DNA from: Antedon mediterranea
Lineage: Eukaryota; Animalia; Echinodermata
Assembly (NCBI RefSeq): GCF_964355755.1
Contig: NC_092671.1
Span: 19,406,001-19,470,000 of the forward strand
Reading direction: 5' to 3'
Length of the DNA: 64,000 bases
A model generated the notes under the pieces. It searched no databases. It saw nothing but the letters and a program-made list of their open reading frames with translations, and was not told the origin of the DNA. The first letter of the stretch is position 1. Every line of letters starts with the position of its first letter. The position numbers were made by a program, and so were the translations under genes. This document shows positions 1 to 14,100 of the stretch, one piece after another.

Positions 1-41
1 ATTCATTGTATAATATTTGGATGGATTGGTGTTTGACTTAC

Positions 42-1975
42 ATTTCTTGATTTTGACATCTTAGCCTCACTAACAATGAATCCAGTAACTTTGTCGTCAC
101 TCAGTATCTCGGTGGATATGCTGCCATTTTTTAGCTTAATAATTTTACAAGCTACAGGTTTACCTGTTCTTCTGTCAACTGATGTTTCAAATTCTACAGC
201 ATCTACAAAAAAAAAAAAATCGCTTTGAATATTTTAACATCTGCAACAAAATTATCATCTTGAATATATTATATTTCAAGCATACTGCAGATGTTGTGAT
301 TTGTTGACAGTACTGTAACCAATAGGAAGCTATTGATTTGCATCCCAGGACCTGTTGGTCGACACCTGGCTAGGAATCCACCGAGGAGGGAATGGTGAAT
401 TGGTAAATGCATAATGCCAGATCATTTGTAACAGATTTATTATCAGATTACTACTGCGAATATCTTGTTCTAGTTGGGTTGTTTGTGTTGGGTACTAGAG
501 AAACATGTATACAACTTAGCTAGTTCCCATCGATATAATGCAATTGTTGTATTCGTATATTGTGGTTTGTGTTATTATCTAAATAACAAAATACAACGAG
601 ATCCATAGTAAAATATGTCAATTACATCAATTTTTTAAGTTTTAAGGTATCCCAGCATTTATATATTCATTTTGCGGACACATACAATTTATTTACTACC
701 TACCTCCTAATGTTAACTCTTCAACATTGTCCGAATATTCACTATAATGGAAAAATAGTCGTCCATCTCGATCACAACATTGAAGGAAGCCATATGATGA
801 CTAAAGATAATAGAATTAAAAAATAATGTATTATGTAACCGTACATAGTGGCTTCAGTCAGATCATTTTATCCAAACAAACATGGTATTAAAATCTGAGT
901 ACAGTAACAGTGTCTTGCCCCAGATTACAGGATTAGAGGTAGCACATGGAACTAATTTTAAATATAACGTATGTACTGTATTCATTTTTTTTTTCATTTT
1001 ATTTTACCCATGAATATAAATTATAAACATTGTAACATACAAATAATAATTATTATATCAAGGGAAGGGCTAAAAAATAGTTAAAACTAATCAAGTTCAG
1101 CCTCTAAACATTGAAATATAAATAGTTATATAAATAAATTAGGGCTACCTGTCTAAAAAATGAATATACAGTACATAAAAACCTTTCTCTCAAATATACA
1201 AATATTATTAAATAAATAACAAAAGGAATGCATACTTACCAGAAGCTTTTCCACCTGTCCTGTCTCTCTTTGAACCCTGTCAATTGAAGATTTACAGAAT
1301 GTTAATTGTATCTTTTTATTGAATTGGATTATTATTCAATGTTTCTTTTTTATTAAAAAGTACTGTAATTTGAAATACGGAAAGTTTCACAATTTTTTAA
1401 AGTGTCAAATTTATGAGTATCAAACTGAATTATCAGTTATTCAAATATAACTGCTTGTTTCTGAGGCATACAGTAGTTTTTGAAATTTATAAAGTACTAT
1501 CAAAGCGCCTTGAGCACTTTGTGGATATGTGCACTTTATAAATCTTATTTAAATCTTATCTTATTATCTCAAAACCACAAATAACAGAGCAGTAATGTTT
1601 TAAAAGAAAGGGTTACCAACCCATTATGTGATGGATAACTGGTTGAGCGTTGAAGTGGTCCAGACATAGAATGATTTCGACTGCCATATGCATTTGATAA
1701 AGGTTGTTTCTAAATAAAACAAAAACAACATAACACTAACAGCTATAAGTTTATTAATTGGAAAAAAATACTGTACTTTGAAATACTATATCTTGTAGAA
1801 AGACACTGTTGGCAGTGGTAAGTACAGTTCTATACTCTGTGCAATAAAGGTAACAACAATTGTCTTTTCCTCTACATTAATAACACCTAATAGTCATAGA
1901 TAGTATACTTTTCTAATTTGGCTATTTTTAATTAAATAATTGACATCACATTACCTTCCACAGTGGACTTGCCAT
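42..1975 (-). CDS. CSDE1: Cold shock domain-containing protein E1 (UNR), 5' part; gene continues beyond the left edge
   Basis: Exons (minus) 1955-1975, 1621-1709, 1240-1276, 704-800, 42-202 with GT-AG ends and matching phases. Translation MASPLWK KQPLSNAYG...HNG VQRETGQVEKLL SSYGFLQCCDRDGRLFFHYSEYSDNVEELTLG DAVEFETSVDRRTGKPVACKIIK matches the first cold-shock domain of UNR (RETGVIEKLL.SYGFIQC...LFFH...DDVEFEVSSDRRTGKP). Confidence 0.93.
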
Positions 1976-2439
1976 ATTTAATATTGAGTTTCTTTAAAGT
2001 AGTGGATGTTTTTAGATATTATGCGTGCTGTTGAGCTTTCATTATTTTTTGGCTAAAAGTTTTACGTCTCATGGGCTGCTTTGCTATTATTGCTGCTTTG
2101 AAAAAGAAAGTAAGAATAATGATTAATATTAGAAATTAATATCAGATACTTTAATAATAATACAAAATAAACGGGACGAATCGACCATATAATTTTCGGT
2201 GTCTGACTGTATACTCGGTACGGCCGTCAGTAGTACCGTCTGTATAGCTTATAACCAATCATAGTTTAGCCTACACAACAACAAAAGACAAGACAAAGAA
2301 TTGGTGTCTAGAAAAACAGCTTCACAATGAAATTAACAGAAATTGATAATTGGGTACTAAAGTAAATTAATAACTATAAAATGCTGCCTAGAATTCGACA
2401 AAATGTGTTAAATACCTCAACTTTCCAGCACATCCTCTG

Positions 2440-2560
2440 TTCATGAACAACAACCACGCTCACCGGGGTTCAAACCACCCACAACAAGAAAGACGAAGTG
2501 TGACGTCACGACGTGTGTGGGGTATTCGCCGTCGTCGTCGTGAGGACGTCGTGTGTAAAT
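2440..2560 (-). promoter_or_regulatory. Probable CSDE1 promoter/first non-coding exon region, CpG-rich, with CRE palindrome TGACGTCA
   Basis: Local CpG cluster in AT-rich DNA; GTGACGTCAC at about 2500; a 5'UTR acceptor-like tract lies near 2095-2110. Confidence 0.5.
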
Positions 2561-2645
2561 GAAAGCGAGAAGTAACGGTGGTGTGAAGTGAGGTACCATG
2601 AGAGTAGGCATATGTTGGTAGTAATCATTTGTTGTAGCCTATATA

Positions 2646-2785
2646 GCTCTGTCTACACTATCAAACTGTATGTGACAAAAAAAATGTGATGTGCCCATAT
2701 GGACATGATGATGTCATTTCACTACCATATTGGGGCACATCCCACATTTTTGTCAAACAAGTTTGATAGTGTAGACGGAGGAGCT
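2646..2785. mobile_element. Small MITE (about 140 bp), PIF/Harbinger-like; degraded inverted copy at about 14375-14490
   Basis: TIRs agctctgtctacactatcaaact / gtttgatagtgtagacggaggagct, with an internal palindrome gatgtgcccatat...tattggggcacatc. Confidence 0.7.
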
Positions 2786-3013
2786 TATACGTTTCCACTG
2801 ATAAACAAAAATACTCATTTGTAATCAGTTTGTTTTAGTAGTGTGATAGTATTGCGTTCGATAGGCCTATTTTCTAAAAGTATTCGCAGTATCTTGGCAA
2901 TCCAATGTTTGTAGACCGATTTTTGTTTAATTTAACTTATAGTTTAGAATTCATTGACAATGATGATGTACAATTTACCAAGCATTTTGACACAATTGTA
3001 TTGTATTTTATCA

Positions 3014-3110
3014 CTTTTTAGTCGCGTGCGTGCAATGCGACTCTACATGTCACTATGTCGGTCGTTTGGTCGGTCGGTCGGTCGGTCGGTAAACTCTAAC
3101 TTTGTTTATG
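3014..3110 (+). mobile_element. 5' end of a Helentron-associated (HINE/DINE-1-like) element with (GGTC)n microsatellite
   Basis: T-run, then agtcgcgtgcgtgcaatgcgact hairpin, then gtcggtcggtcggt, the typical HINE 5' layout. No 3' end seen. Confidence 0.5.
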
Positions 3111-4269
3111 TTCTTGTTTGTTTTGTTGCATTTTTGTCATATCTAAGGGGTGTTTATTTGATTATACATGTTACCAGATACACACTACCATCTAAAATAA
3201 ACGCCTCCACGAATAAACGCCTCCCTAAAAACCCTCTAGTCGATCATGAACGTGGAGTGGAATGCTATCTGAATCAATAATACTAGAACATATAAAATTA
3301 GACATCTACATCATTGTTTTGGAATTAATTTTAACCAGCCACACATTTAAATGCGCTTTCATTTTGAAGAAGAAAGTATAGGCCTAATTAATCAGTCATT
3401 TGAATGTCTCTCTCACCATGATTAGCATTTTTCTTTTGATTTCCTCTTAGTTTATATATTTCTGATAAAGGTTTGAAACATTGTAAACATTATTTTGGAA
3501 CACCAGTAAATATTTGCAGCAATTATGTTAATTTAGAGTGCAAAAAAATGACAGATCCTAGTTCCATGCTAAAATATGTTAGGCCTAAATAAAGAGTCTT
3601 GTCTAGTTCTAGTAATGGAACATCTCTATAAATTGTATTGGGCATTTCGCCCAATTTATTTCCACGTCTTCTATTCTGTTTCCATAAAGAATTGGTTTTT
3701 ATTTAATGTCATTCTAGATATCTTACAGAAAATTTCAATTACGACTGAATCTCAAATTTACGGTGATTAGATTGTTGTGGGCAGTTCCCTGAGACCACCA
3801 TTTTGGGATGCAGTCGAACAATTTATTTCAGAGAATATGAACCTTTATTTGGCTGTCGAATCAAAGAATATAGGCAGGCCTAATAATGGCCGAGCTGCTC
3901 TTAATTAGTTTCAAATTTTCGGTGGACGTGAATTCCGGGTTCTGTTGTGAACGCTTGGGTCATTTCATTTATTTATTTGACCAACAAAACATAATATATA
4001 ATGTGCAAAGATGAAATTGGTCAGGGACTGCTAAAGTAATACGATTAATGTAACTACAAGAGTCAGCAGTCCCATGATCTTAACTAAAATAAATATATAA
4101 TTTAATAAACAAATAAAGTATAAAGCTGTGAGTATACAGAAAAAAAAGAACAAATATGATATACAACAAAATTGAATTAAATATACCCAAAAAAAATAAA
4201 AAAGAAAAGAATTAAAGATAATTATCATGAAGGAAAGAGTCAATAGATGATAAAAGATGAAGAAAAGAT

Positions 4270-7080
4270 TCAGTAACAGCTAATTGGCGTAATGAAGAAG
4301 GTAACTGAAACCAAACCTTGGGAAGCGGTTTATAGGAGAATTACGAAGGGCCAGAGTTCGAGAAAAGAGATGATTAAAAGTGAGGTCTTCAGTATGTCTA
4401 GGATTGATACTGAGATTCTGGATGACAGAAGAGCAGTCAGTAAAGCCATAAAGACATTTAAAAATAAAGTGAAAACGGATTTTGTTGCGACGGTTTTCAA
4501 GGGACATTTCTTGTAAAATTTCGTTGGATGCGCTTTATGCGGATTGACTGGGACTTGGTTTGATGCAACCAAACAGGAAGTCCATATTATAGTCAAGAAT
4601 GGGTAAAATTAAAGATTTAAAAAGAGACAGTAAAGCAGGTTTTAAAGCATTATTAGCAACACTCAAAATAAGCCCAGACATTCTGTTTGCCTTAGAAACA
4701 ACATTATTTATATGTTTATTCCAGGATAATTTGTTGTCGAGAGTTGTTGTGTGTGGAGACAGTAAGAAGAGGTTGACCATTATAGAAATAAGTGTGAGGA
4801 ATGTAAATTTTCTTCCGAGTAACATGCATCCCTTTTGTCTTCTTTGAGTTCTTTTCTTTCTTTTCTTTCTTTTATTCAATTTTTCACACTTCAAAAATAG
4901 TACAAGTAAAGTGAAACAATGATAACAGGTATCATAGTAATAAACAGTAAAGTAATCAATCTAATTAAAAAGAATATATAGAGATACTTGTACTTTAAAA
5001 AAAAACATAGAAGTGTGAAAGGAGGTCAACTAAGTAAGATACTTTAAGCTTGACCCCCTAACAAGTTAAATGACATAGAATTTGCAGATGCCCACTGGTG
5101 AATGGAATGAAGATCAGATTTAAGAATTGTAGAGTCGGTATCTGAATGAATGGGTCTATAAATGAGAAGATCATCTGCAGAGTACAGAAGTAGAGTTCAG
5201 AGTAGAGTTGATATCATTGACAAATAAGTTGAATAAAAGAGGACCTAAAACTAAACCTTTCAAGGAAACATTACCGGCAAAACGAACACTTTGGGTTCTG
5301 TGGGTTAAAAAGGATGAAATCCAATGCCATAAGGGTCCGCAAATGTTATATTGTTAAGCGAGTTTCATGAGGAAGTTTATCAAAGGCCTTTGACATGTCC
5401 AAAAATACAGCATCGATGATGGGAGGTTGTGGCTTGTCAAGAATTGAGGACCAGCTATGAGAAATATTAGTTAAAAGAGTAGCACAAGATTTACCTTTCA
5501 CAAAACCATCCCGTTTCTGGGTACAATAGTAAAAACTCTGATAAATGTGAGGAGATGGTCTTTTTTACAATTTTCTCAAGACACTTGCAGATGATTGAAG
5601 TAAGGTGAACTGGGCGATAGTTTGACAAAGTGGATGCATCACCAGATTGGAACAACTTCTGCGTGTTTCCACTGGAGGGGAAGAGTTCCAGAGTTAAGAG
5701 ATTGTGAGAAAATAGTATACAGAGGATAAGAAATAGGCAGAGAAATAGCCTGAAGAAGCCATCCAAGGTGAAAAGTTATCAAGACCAGGTGAAGTAAACG
5801 AGAATGTAGAGAGGGCATCAGCAACATCTTTAGGAGTAAAGTAAATGTTATCCAATGGAGGAAAGGATGGAGATTGGATATTGCAAGCAGGAGGTGTAAA
5901 CGGAAGGAGATTAGGAGGAAACAGAGCAAAAGTAAGAATTAAAAGCATTGGCAATATCATGTGGAATTTCTAAGATCTCATTATTAACATTAAATGTTTG
6001 CGAGTTTACACAGGTCGATTTTTTGGATTTAACAAATACCCAAAAACGTTTACGATTATTGTCTGAGCAAAAAAAATTGTCCATTAATAAGTTCCATAAC
6101 TCTTTCTTACAAGACCTTTTACACGATTTCTCAATTTCTTATATATTTCCCAGTCTGAAATGCATTTAGTTAACTTAGCTTTCTTGAAAAGTATTCTTTT
6201 CTTTTTAATCAATTTTTTTTATATCTTGTGTAATCCAAGGGTCTGTATGTTTGCGTGCTTTTCTTGATATACGAGGAATGCTGTCTCTAACAGCAGCATC
6301 GAGCAAGTCCATGAATCTTTCTAGAGACTTGTTAGCATCTCTCTAAGATGGATCAAATTATTTAAATGACCAAAATCAGTTTTAGAGCGTTGCAAGAAAC
6401 TTCGTGTCGTCGACTTTGGTTGAACAGACCTTGTAGAAACTTGAAAAACGATTGCATAGTGATCACTATCGACTGGATTATCCGAAATTTTAGGTGATAT
6501 CTTTTCTGGCGTCGAGCATGTAAATAAGAAGTCAATAATAGTTCCAGATTGATGATCATTTGAAGGTCGTGTAATTGTATCAATCAGTTGGGTAAAGTCC
6601 ATAGGTTCAGTGATGTCAGATAGTGCAGTGAAGTCAGGATGAGATGTATCGCACCAGTAGACATTAACATCTCCAGTTAACAGTATGCAATCAAATTTAT
6701 AGAACTCCTGTTGCAAATTAGAAATAGAATTATGGAAGCGATTCCAACAATCTTTCTTAGCATGTGGAGGCCTATATAATGTACCAATCAATACATTTAG
6801 ATGTCCTACTTTTAAAGAAATCCAAAGGAGTTCCAGATTGTCATCAACATGGTAAGGTTTTGATGAAAACTCTGTCCTGATAGCCATGAACACTCCCTTC
6901 GCCACGAAAATCACAATCTTTTCTATAGATATTATAATCACTTAGGTTGAGATTTGAGAATTTAAGATGGAAGGAGGCTCGTCCAGCCATGTCTCTGTTA
7001 CGCAGATAATATCGCATGGATTTATTGTTATATAAGCAGCCAAGTCAAGACGTTTGTGTATTATACTTCTATCATTAAAG
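4270..7080 (-). mobile_element. Decayed non-LTR retrotransposon(s), CR1/L2/Jockey-like ORF2 with APE endonuclease and RT
   Basis: Minus-strand motifs DIICVTETWL, LYRPP, GDVN, TRP...IDFLF, SDH (APE); NYRPVHLTSIICKCLEKIV, DMSKAFDK, ADDLLIY (RT); LSWNKHINNVVSKANRMSGLI...SLILPILDY. Many stops and frameshifts. Confidence 0.9.
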
Positions 7081-8103
7081 CTAATTACAGTTTAGTGATT
7101 TGTTTCTCCTAAATGTTGGCAATTGATTAAGGCTACAGTCATGTACTTGAATAGATTGGTAATAATTTGAGTCGCTTATGACATGCATATTCAACAAAAA
7201 CAAATTTTTTATCAGGAAGAATATCTTTAATGATGTTTTTTGACCATAGAGTTATCCATTTTTTGATTCATGACTGATCAAAAATCAATTATGAATCTGT
7301 TATTAGCACTGCTGCAATGTCATCTGAATGATTGAATGCTTTATTTGCCCATTATCATAATAATAGCAATATAAATTCATCTTAAAGTTTGACAAATATA
7401 TTACAGTAGTACAATAAAAAACAGATAAATCAATTTAAAACAAAACACACACAAAGTACACACACAATATTGCAAAGCACTTAAGTTTTAAAATGCGGTA
7501 ACAATTTGGAAGTTAAAATACGATGGTGAATTGAATTATGGATGGCGCATTTGCAACAAAAGATATTGTCCTGTTATTAATTAGTATAGGCCTATGTTTA
7601 TGGTTGCCTTAATATGTTGCCAAATATAGTTGGTATTAACGTCTGTTCGCTCTTATTTTTTACTGAAATACTTCCCGACATATGTTGTTGGTTTAGTATG
7701 TTCTTAAAAAATACAGAAACCAATACTGCGCGTTCTGACCAATAAGCTAACGACAAGTTGGCACTAAGAAGATTCTCTCGTTCACACGACAAACAATCTG
7801 AAAAATGATCCTTTTAAAACCAATGAAGCGTAACAAGTAACACACTGACAGAGAGACTGGATTTTAAACGCTGGACTAATTTAATTTTGTTCAATATATT
7901 GCCAACAAAAGGTTTTAACCATTTAATTAGTGTACACCTAAATTTCCTGTTCATTTTCTTTGGCGATTTTGCTATATATTTGAATTTAATTTAATTTTAT
8001 TGCAGGATTTTAGCCGGTTTAGTAGGTAGGCCAGCCAGCCAAGCTGTAGTGTAGCGATCGGATCATCAAATAATCGACGTGTCTTTCTCAATCAAAGGAC
8101 GAG

Positions 8104-11100
8104 ATGCCTTCCTACAGGTTATTACCCGGCCTAGGCATTGTAGCCTTATTAACTGTAATCTACACATGTTTTGCACAGGCACCCCACAAAACATTCCAAT
8201 TTAAGTACAGTCTTAAAGGACCACATCTTTCTCAAGAAGATGGTACAGTGCCGTTTTGGGAGTATGGTGGAAGTAAGTTCAATTCAATTCATAATAATAT
8301 TGATTTCCTTTCATCAACATATGGTCCATGGATGGTTTGATTATTATTAGGCTATTTGTATTTTTTATTTTCCTCTTAACTATTAATAAAATAGCAATAA
8401 ATAAATTGAGTGATGCACAGTTTAGTTATTGATGCTTTTACATCTGTTATGATATACAGAGTTTTATTGTAAATGTTCTATTTTTGGATTAATGTGGTAG
8501 GCCTATCTATGTTAGGCCTAACCAAATATTAATAATATGATAATTTATTTTGTAATAGGTGCATTAGCTAGTGAAGACCAAGTGCGTATTACTCCATCAC
8601 TAAGAAGTAAAAGAGGTATGGATCGAACAGGTTCCTAAAATCACACAAATTATTTACTGTGAAATGTGAAAATGTGTATTAAAAAAAGATGTACATTCAA
8701 GATGTGGGTGTCACTGTCTGTCTGCTTGCGGAAGGTTTCCCTGATAACGTCAATGCGAGACTATTCTGTATTTAAAAAAAAAAAGTTTTATTCATTATAT
8801 TCTGCTTCTTTTGATTTAATATTTGTCAGGGTTCTTTTGTGTTTTACCAAACAGGTGTCTTCTGATTAAACGTTCTCCCATTGAACAAACAATGAAACAA
8901 CACTGTTCAGTAGATAAATGATAAAATCAATTGATAATGATATATGAATAATTAATGAAATAATTCAACCATTATGTTTTTGTTATCTCGTTGTTTATCT
9001 CAATTGTTTTAAATTATCTGTGTCCGAACAAAACAAACCCACATTGCTGACTAAAATTAAAACCATCTGCTATAGAAATCACTTATAGGTATATTTCATA
9101 AAGAAATTATAAAGTTATAATTTAAAGTTATTTAATTTAACTATATTGTGCATTCCCATCATAATTTTGTATGCAAATTTGGAATAAATGTTTATTTTAA
9201 TGAATTTATTATAATTTATTATGATTGTAGCCTAGAAACTACAATCTCATCTCAGATAATCTGTATCTATGATACTGCTAGCAGAGTATTTAAATTAAAA
9301 CCATTTAATAAAATGCAAGCAAGGCTGATTGTCCAAAGGTTAGAGATTTAAATTATAAATTAAATTAATGCAAGATGCTTATATTTATAACAGTTTAACA
9401 CACACTAAAAAAAAAAAAGAAGGGATATTTCCAGTTGTTCGTTCTTAATTAATAATGCCTTTATTTTTTTCTGAATTGTATCTTTTTTTTTGTTAAATAT
9501 TTGTTTTGTAAATTTTTCGATAGGATATATATGGAATAAATATAAGACACCTTATGACCATTGGGAGGTTGAAGTGGTTTTTCGTGTGACAGGGCGTGGT
9601 CGGATCGGTGCTGATGGTCTAGTAAGTACCAAAATTTAATATTATCAATTAACATAACAAGCAAGTCTTAGAAATTATGTTTAATAAATAATTCTCTATG
9701 CTAGTAAAAATAATCATTTGTGCATTTCTTTAAAAAAAATTATTTTCTCTATTTTAATTTCTTATATTTTATTTACTTATTCATTTGTAACTGCTACTGA
9801 TTAAATACTAATAGAAAAAGCACGAATGTGCAATACTCGGGGTACAGCGAAAGAAGCTGTATACAGACGTATACAGTTAGAAAGTTAAAGAAAAATAGGT
9901 TTCGCCAGGGCTCGAACCGGGACCTTCTGCGTGTTAAGCAGACTTGACAACCACTACACTACGAAACCTCTTACATTGAAATTGTGGGTTACAGAAAGTT
10001 TTTTAATCCATTTAAATTACAAATAAATGGTAATAAGCACAAAGCAAAATAAACATGTGTAAAAGTGATAATTACCGATTACACAAAATAAGTATTTTAA
10101 AAAATAATAATAAGATATACTGTGTATAATTATCATATTGCGTATACAGTACTTTTCACCATAAAGTTTAAAAAAAAAGGTTTAGCCCGGGCTCGAACCA
10201 GGTACCTTCTGCGTATTGAGCAAACGTGATAACCACTACGCCAAGAAGCCGCATATAACCATATAACTACATAACGCTGTGGTGTGTGTCACACATTGTG
10301 GATTCTTAATTAAACAAATTAATTAACAAAAAATTAAAAATCCGGCTCTATAGCTTTGAGGACATGTCCCTGTAGTATGTTCATGCCAAATCCCAGCTCA
10401 ATACTAGAACTAATAAGGGAGGAGTAGTACTTTAAAAATCGCACTTTTTACTCAATAGTGTCCAGATGGTGGAGGAGAAAATGAGTAAGTACTAGACTCG
10501 GGTACCCCGAGTAAAAAGCCGTTCATCTTGTATGTTGGGCTTTGATTTCACTACCCACTTGTGTGTTGAGTGTTCCACATTAGTGATGAACAACAAAGGT
10601 GGTAAATAGATGTGTGAAATTAATTCCATAGTTTATAGGTCATACCATTTTGTAACAGGGATGTTCAAGTGAAACTCATAATATTTATTTATAATTTTAT
10701 GTGGCATATTTCTGATTTCTGGTAGATTAAGGTAGGTTGTTGTACAATTTGCTAATTTTAATTAAAACACTGTTAAAACAGTCAAACATGAATTATTATA
10801 GTTTAGATTCAACCTGTTAGTGCTTGTTTTCATCGTTGTTAGTTGTCAACTGAATAAAGTACAATTACTAACTATTATCAAGAGTGGCTTTAATGGTTAA
10901 GATGCTCATCTACCATTCCTAGATTCAAATCCTGTTTGGTTTAAAGACTTTTTCATAAGGTTTTCTTTAAAAAATAAACATCTTATGTGTTTGTTTGTCC
11001 TTTGAATGGATTTTCAACAGTGACATAAATATGCTAATTGACAATCTTATTTGAAGGTCACTAATCTTATTTTCTGATTGTATGAATTCAAAATGGTTAA

Positions 11101-14100
11101 AAAGAATTTTGTTTTAATCTTCTAGGCTATCTGGTACACAACAGAAAAGAGCAACGAGGGCCCAGTTTATGGAAATATTGATAAATGGAATGGCTTAGGA
11201 GTTTTCTTTGACTCATTCGATAATGACAACCAGCGTAATAATCCATACATCCTTGCTGTTGTCAATGATGGAACAAAAAACTATGATCACAACACAGACG
11301 GCTTAACGCAACAAATTGGCGGATGCCTTCGTGATTTTAGGAATCGCCCATACGCTGTCCGGGTGAAGATAGAATACTATAAGAAATCTTTAACGGTAAA
11401 CACTAAATTATCATTGGACTAGTTTTAGTAAATTTATATAGTCAGATGGAGACCCTGTCTTCTGAGGTGTGGGAGTTGAGATCACTCACCTAACACACTC
11501 CTAAAACGACATTGAGGAATGCAATTTACAACACACTTAAATTTGGTAAAACTTCCAAACACCAAGATACAAATAGCACCCCTGAATGTGTTGTGGAGTG
11601 TAATTTCTAGCACACCCACAATTTTCACTAGACAAGACCTCCGTATAAAATTGATATCCATGTTTATTTGCAGACAGAAGGAGCTTCACTCCTACAATCC
11701 TGCTTATTTTGGTATAGGACCTGTTCAGACTTAGTTATTTACCTATATAAAACCAACCTACCTACCTACAGTAGGGTAAATATCTAAGCCTGAATGGGCA
11801 CATATTGATCTCAGAGTTCAAATAATTTTGGTTAATTATAATAATAATAAAAAAAAGAATATAGTCTACCTAATTGACTTAATTCCTTCTACAGGTATCC
11901 TTCCACAGTGGTATGAGTAATTCAGATGCAGATTATGAGCCATGCTTTACTGCTGGCAATATAGAGCTTCCAAAAAATGGATACTTTGGAGTGACGGCTG
12001 CTACTGGTGGGCTAGCTGGTAAGCACTATTGATATGTTTTCATTGTTATTGTTGCATCTTATTATCTTTATTGAAACATCATTAATACAGTATATTTTAT
12101 TATCTAAAATCGTTGTTTTTCGACAAAAAAACTCAACTGTGTTGAATTGAACATTTGCTCTGTAATTAAATGTAAATGAAAACTTTGAAGCGAGCCACTT
12201 CTGCAGTATGTCAACTGCAACCAATTGCGATCAATTCTTTCCACTTAAAATACAAATCTTAGTCGCATGTGTTGGTATAGGTAACCACAATTAGTTACAA
12301 TCCATGTCGACATAGTTCCTCACACACTGGCTCCGTTCAGTTGCCTGAAAGTCGACATAAGCGCTCTTGCGTAACTAGTTGCTTTCAGTTGAGTTCTACT
12401 GCTTTCAGTTCCGGTTGTTTTCAAAGAAATAGCAACATATCAATATTACAGATAGATAGAATTGTATTATAACATTCATTCATAATGGTATACTTTATTA
12501 AAATTATCTTCACAGTAAAACTGAATTGCAATAGATTTTAACTTGATAAAATTTGAAACGTATAAACTTAAAACACAAAAAATGACAAAGAAGGTTGAAA
12601 AGCCCAATTCAAATTGGACAAACAGAAAAACATATACACATGAACAGTTCTGTTTATAGTATAGCATAATCATCATCATAATATTTTTGTGAATATAATT
12701 GGTTAGGCCTACTATGCTTTTCTAATATTTGTTTGTAGATGATCATGACTTATTGAAGTTTTTAACACATAGCCTGGTGCCCCCAGATGGAGAGGTGAGT
12801 AAATGAATACAAATTCAATCAATGCTCCAAATAAAGATTAACTCCATATGAAATTACTTCGTAATAGTAACAAAATATCACAATTACCATCCAGGACCTC
12901 CCATCTAAGAAACAGTCAAATTCCTTACTTCATCAACCCGAATGCCAACTGTATTATTACTGTTTTATCTATTTAAATGTCTATTCAATTTTGGTGTTTG
13001 TGAAAGTTACACACAATCTGTCTGGTCCTTGTGGCAATGGGCATGAATGTATTGATAGTAATAATAATTTAAGAATGTGTGTTGATGTAGTATAAAAATA
13101 TCTGTCATTATCTGGTGCATTTTGAAAGTTCCAGTCTTCATTTTTTTTAAATGGTTAGATACTGGCCCCCAACCCCTTATGTCAAAATCTTGGATCCGCC
13201 ACTAGAATATCAATATTTATGCTTTTGGGTTGAAATGCAAAAATGCGCAAAGTGTCTATTGTCCAGTAGAGAGAGTAAAGCAAAATTTACCTATCAAACG
13301 ATTATTCATTTTTTGAGAACTTAATTTATCAGGAACAAACAGGAGATGGCCACATAACTGAAGAAGAACGACAAAAATTTAAAGAAGAATATGAACAGTA
13401 TTATAAAAAATTGGAAAAACAAAGAGAAGAGTAAGTTATTGATTTAATTCAACATTGTATTGGATCTGATCTGGTAAAGTACTACAGTATAAGCATTTGC
13501 TTTTGTATACAATGGTGCAGTCTATAAAAATTGTTTTTAGTTGTGAAGTTAAGCATGCTAAAAAACTTAAGCATCATTTTTCAGTTTATAAAATGTATAT
13601 TAATTTCATTGATTCAGGAATGACAATATATGAAAGTTTATCGCAAAATAAAGAGCTTCAAGCATAGAGATGCTCCAACATAATAATGCTTTGGATTTTC
13701 TGAAATTCCTACTTTCCAAAATTATTTTTATTATAATTTTATTTTAAAGAACTATACTATCCTATTCTTCTTGAATAATCTTTGAGCTCCTTTTATTGAG
13801 AGCTTTATTCATGTAAAATACCAATTACCACTGGTAGCTTAAATACCAATTACCACTGGTAGCTTAAATACCAATTACCACTGGTAGCTTAAATACCAAT
13901 TACCACTGGTAGCTTAAATACCAATTACCACTGGTAGCTTAAATACCAATTACCACTGGTAGCTTAAATACCAATTACCACTGGTAGCTTAAATACCAAT
14001 TACCACTGGTAGCTTAAATACCAATTACCACTGGTAGCTTAAATCAAATATGTATTATTTTTTTAGATACAAACAGAAGAACCCAGACAAAGCACAAGAA

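Larger units (their letters stand above)
9807..10517 (-). mobile_element. Helentron-associated non-autonomous element (HINE-like) in LMAN1 intron 3
   Basis: Sub-terminal inverted repeats actcggggtac (9835-9845) and gtaccccgagt (10502-10512), the latter part of a palindrome; short hairpin gcacgaatgtgc (9820-9831); A/T-run end. Confidence 0.7.

Noticed and set aside
360-400. HDV-like ribozyme suggested by CCTCCTCGGTGG on the minus strand
   Set aside because: No P1 pairing partner or P1.1 GG could be found.
2954-3280. 108-aa ORF
   Set aside because: Runs through a (GGTC)n microsatellite of a repeat element and has no ATG-initiated, motif-bearing frame or splice support.
6321-6941. 206-aa ORF as a host nuclease gene
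   Set aside because: It is the APE domain of a decayed LINE, continuous with frameshifted RT remnants.
13816-14044. 25-bp repeats as a CRISPR array
   Set aside because: Units are head-to-tail with no spacers, there are no cas genes, and the context is a eukaryotic intron.
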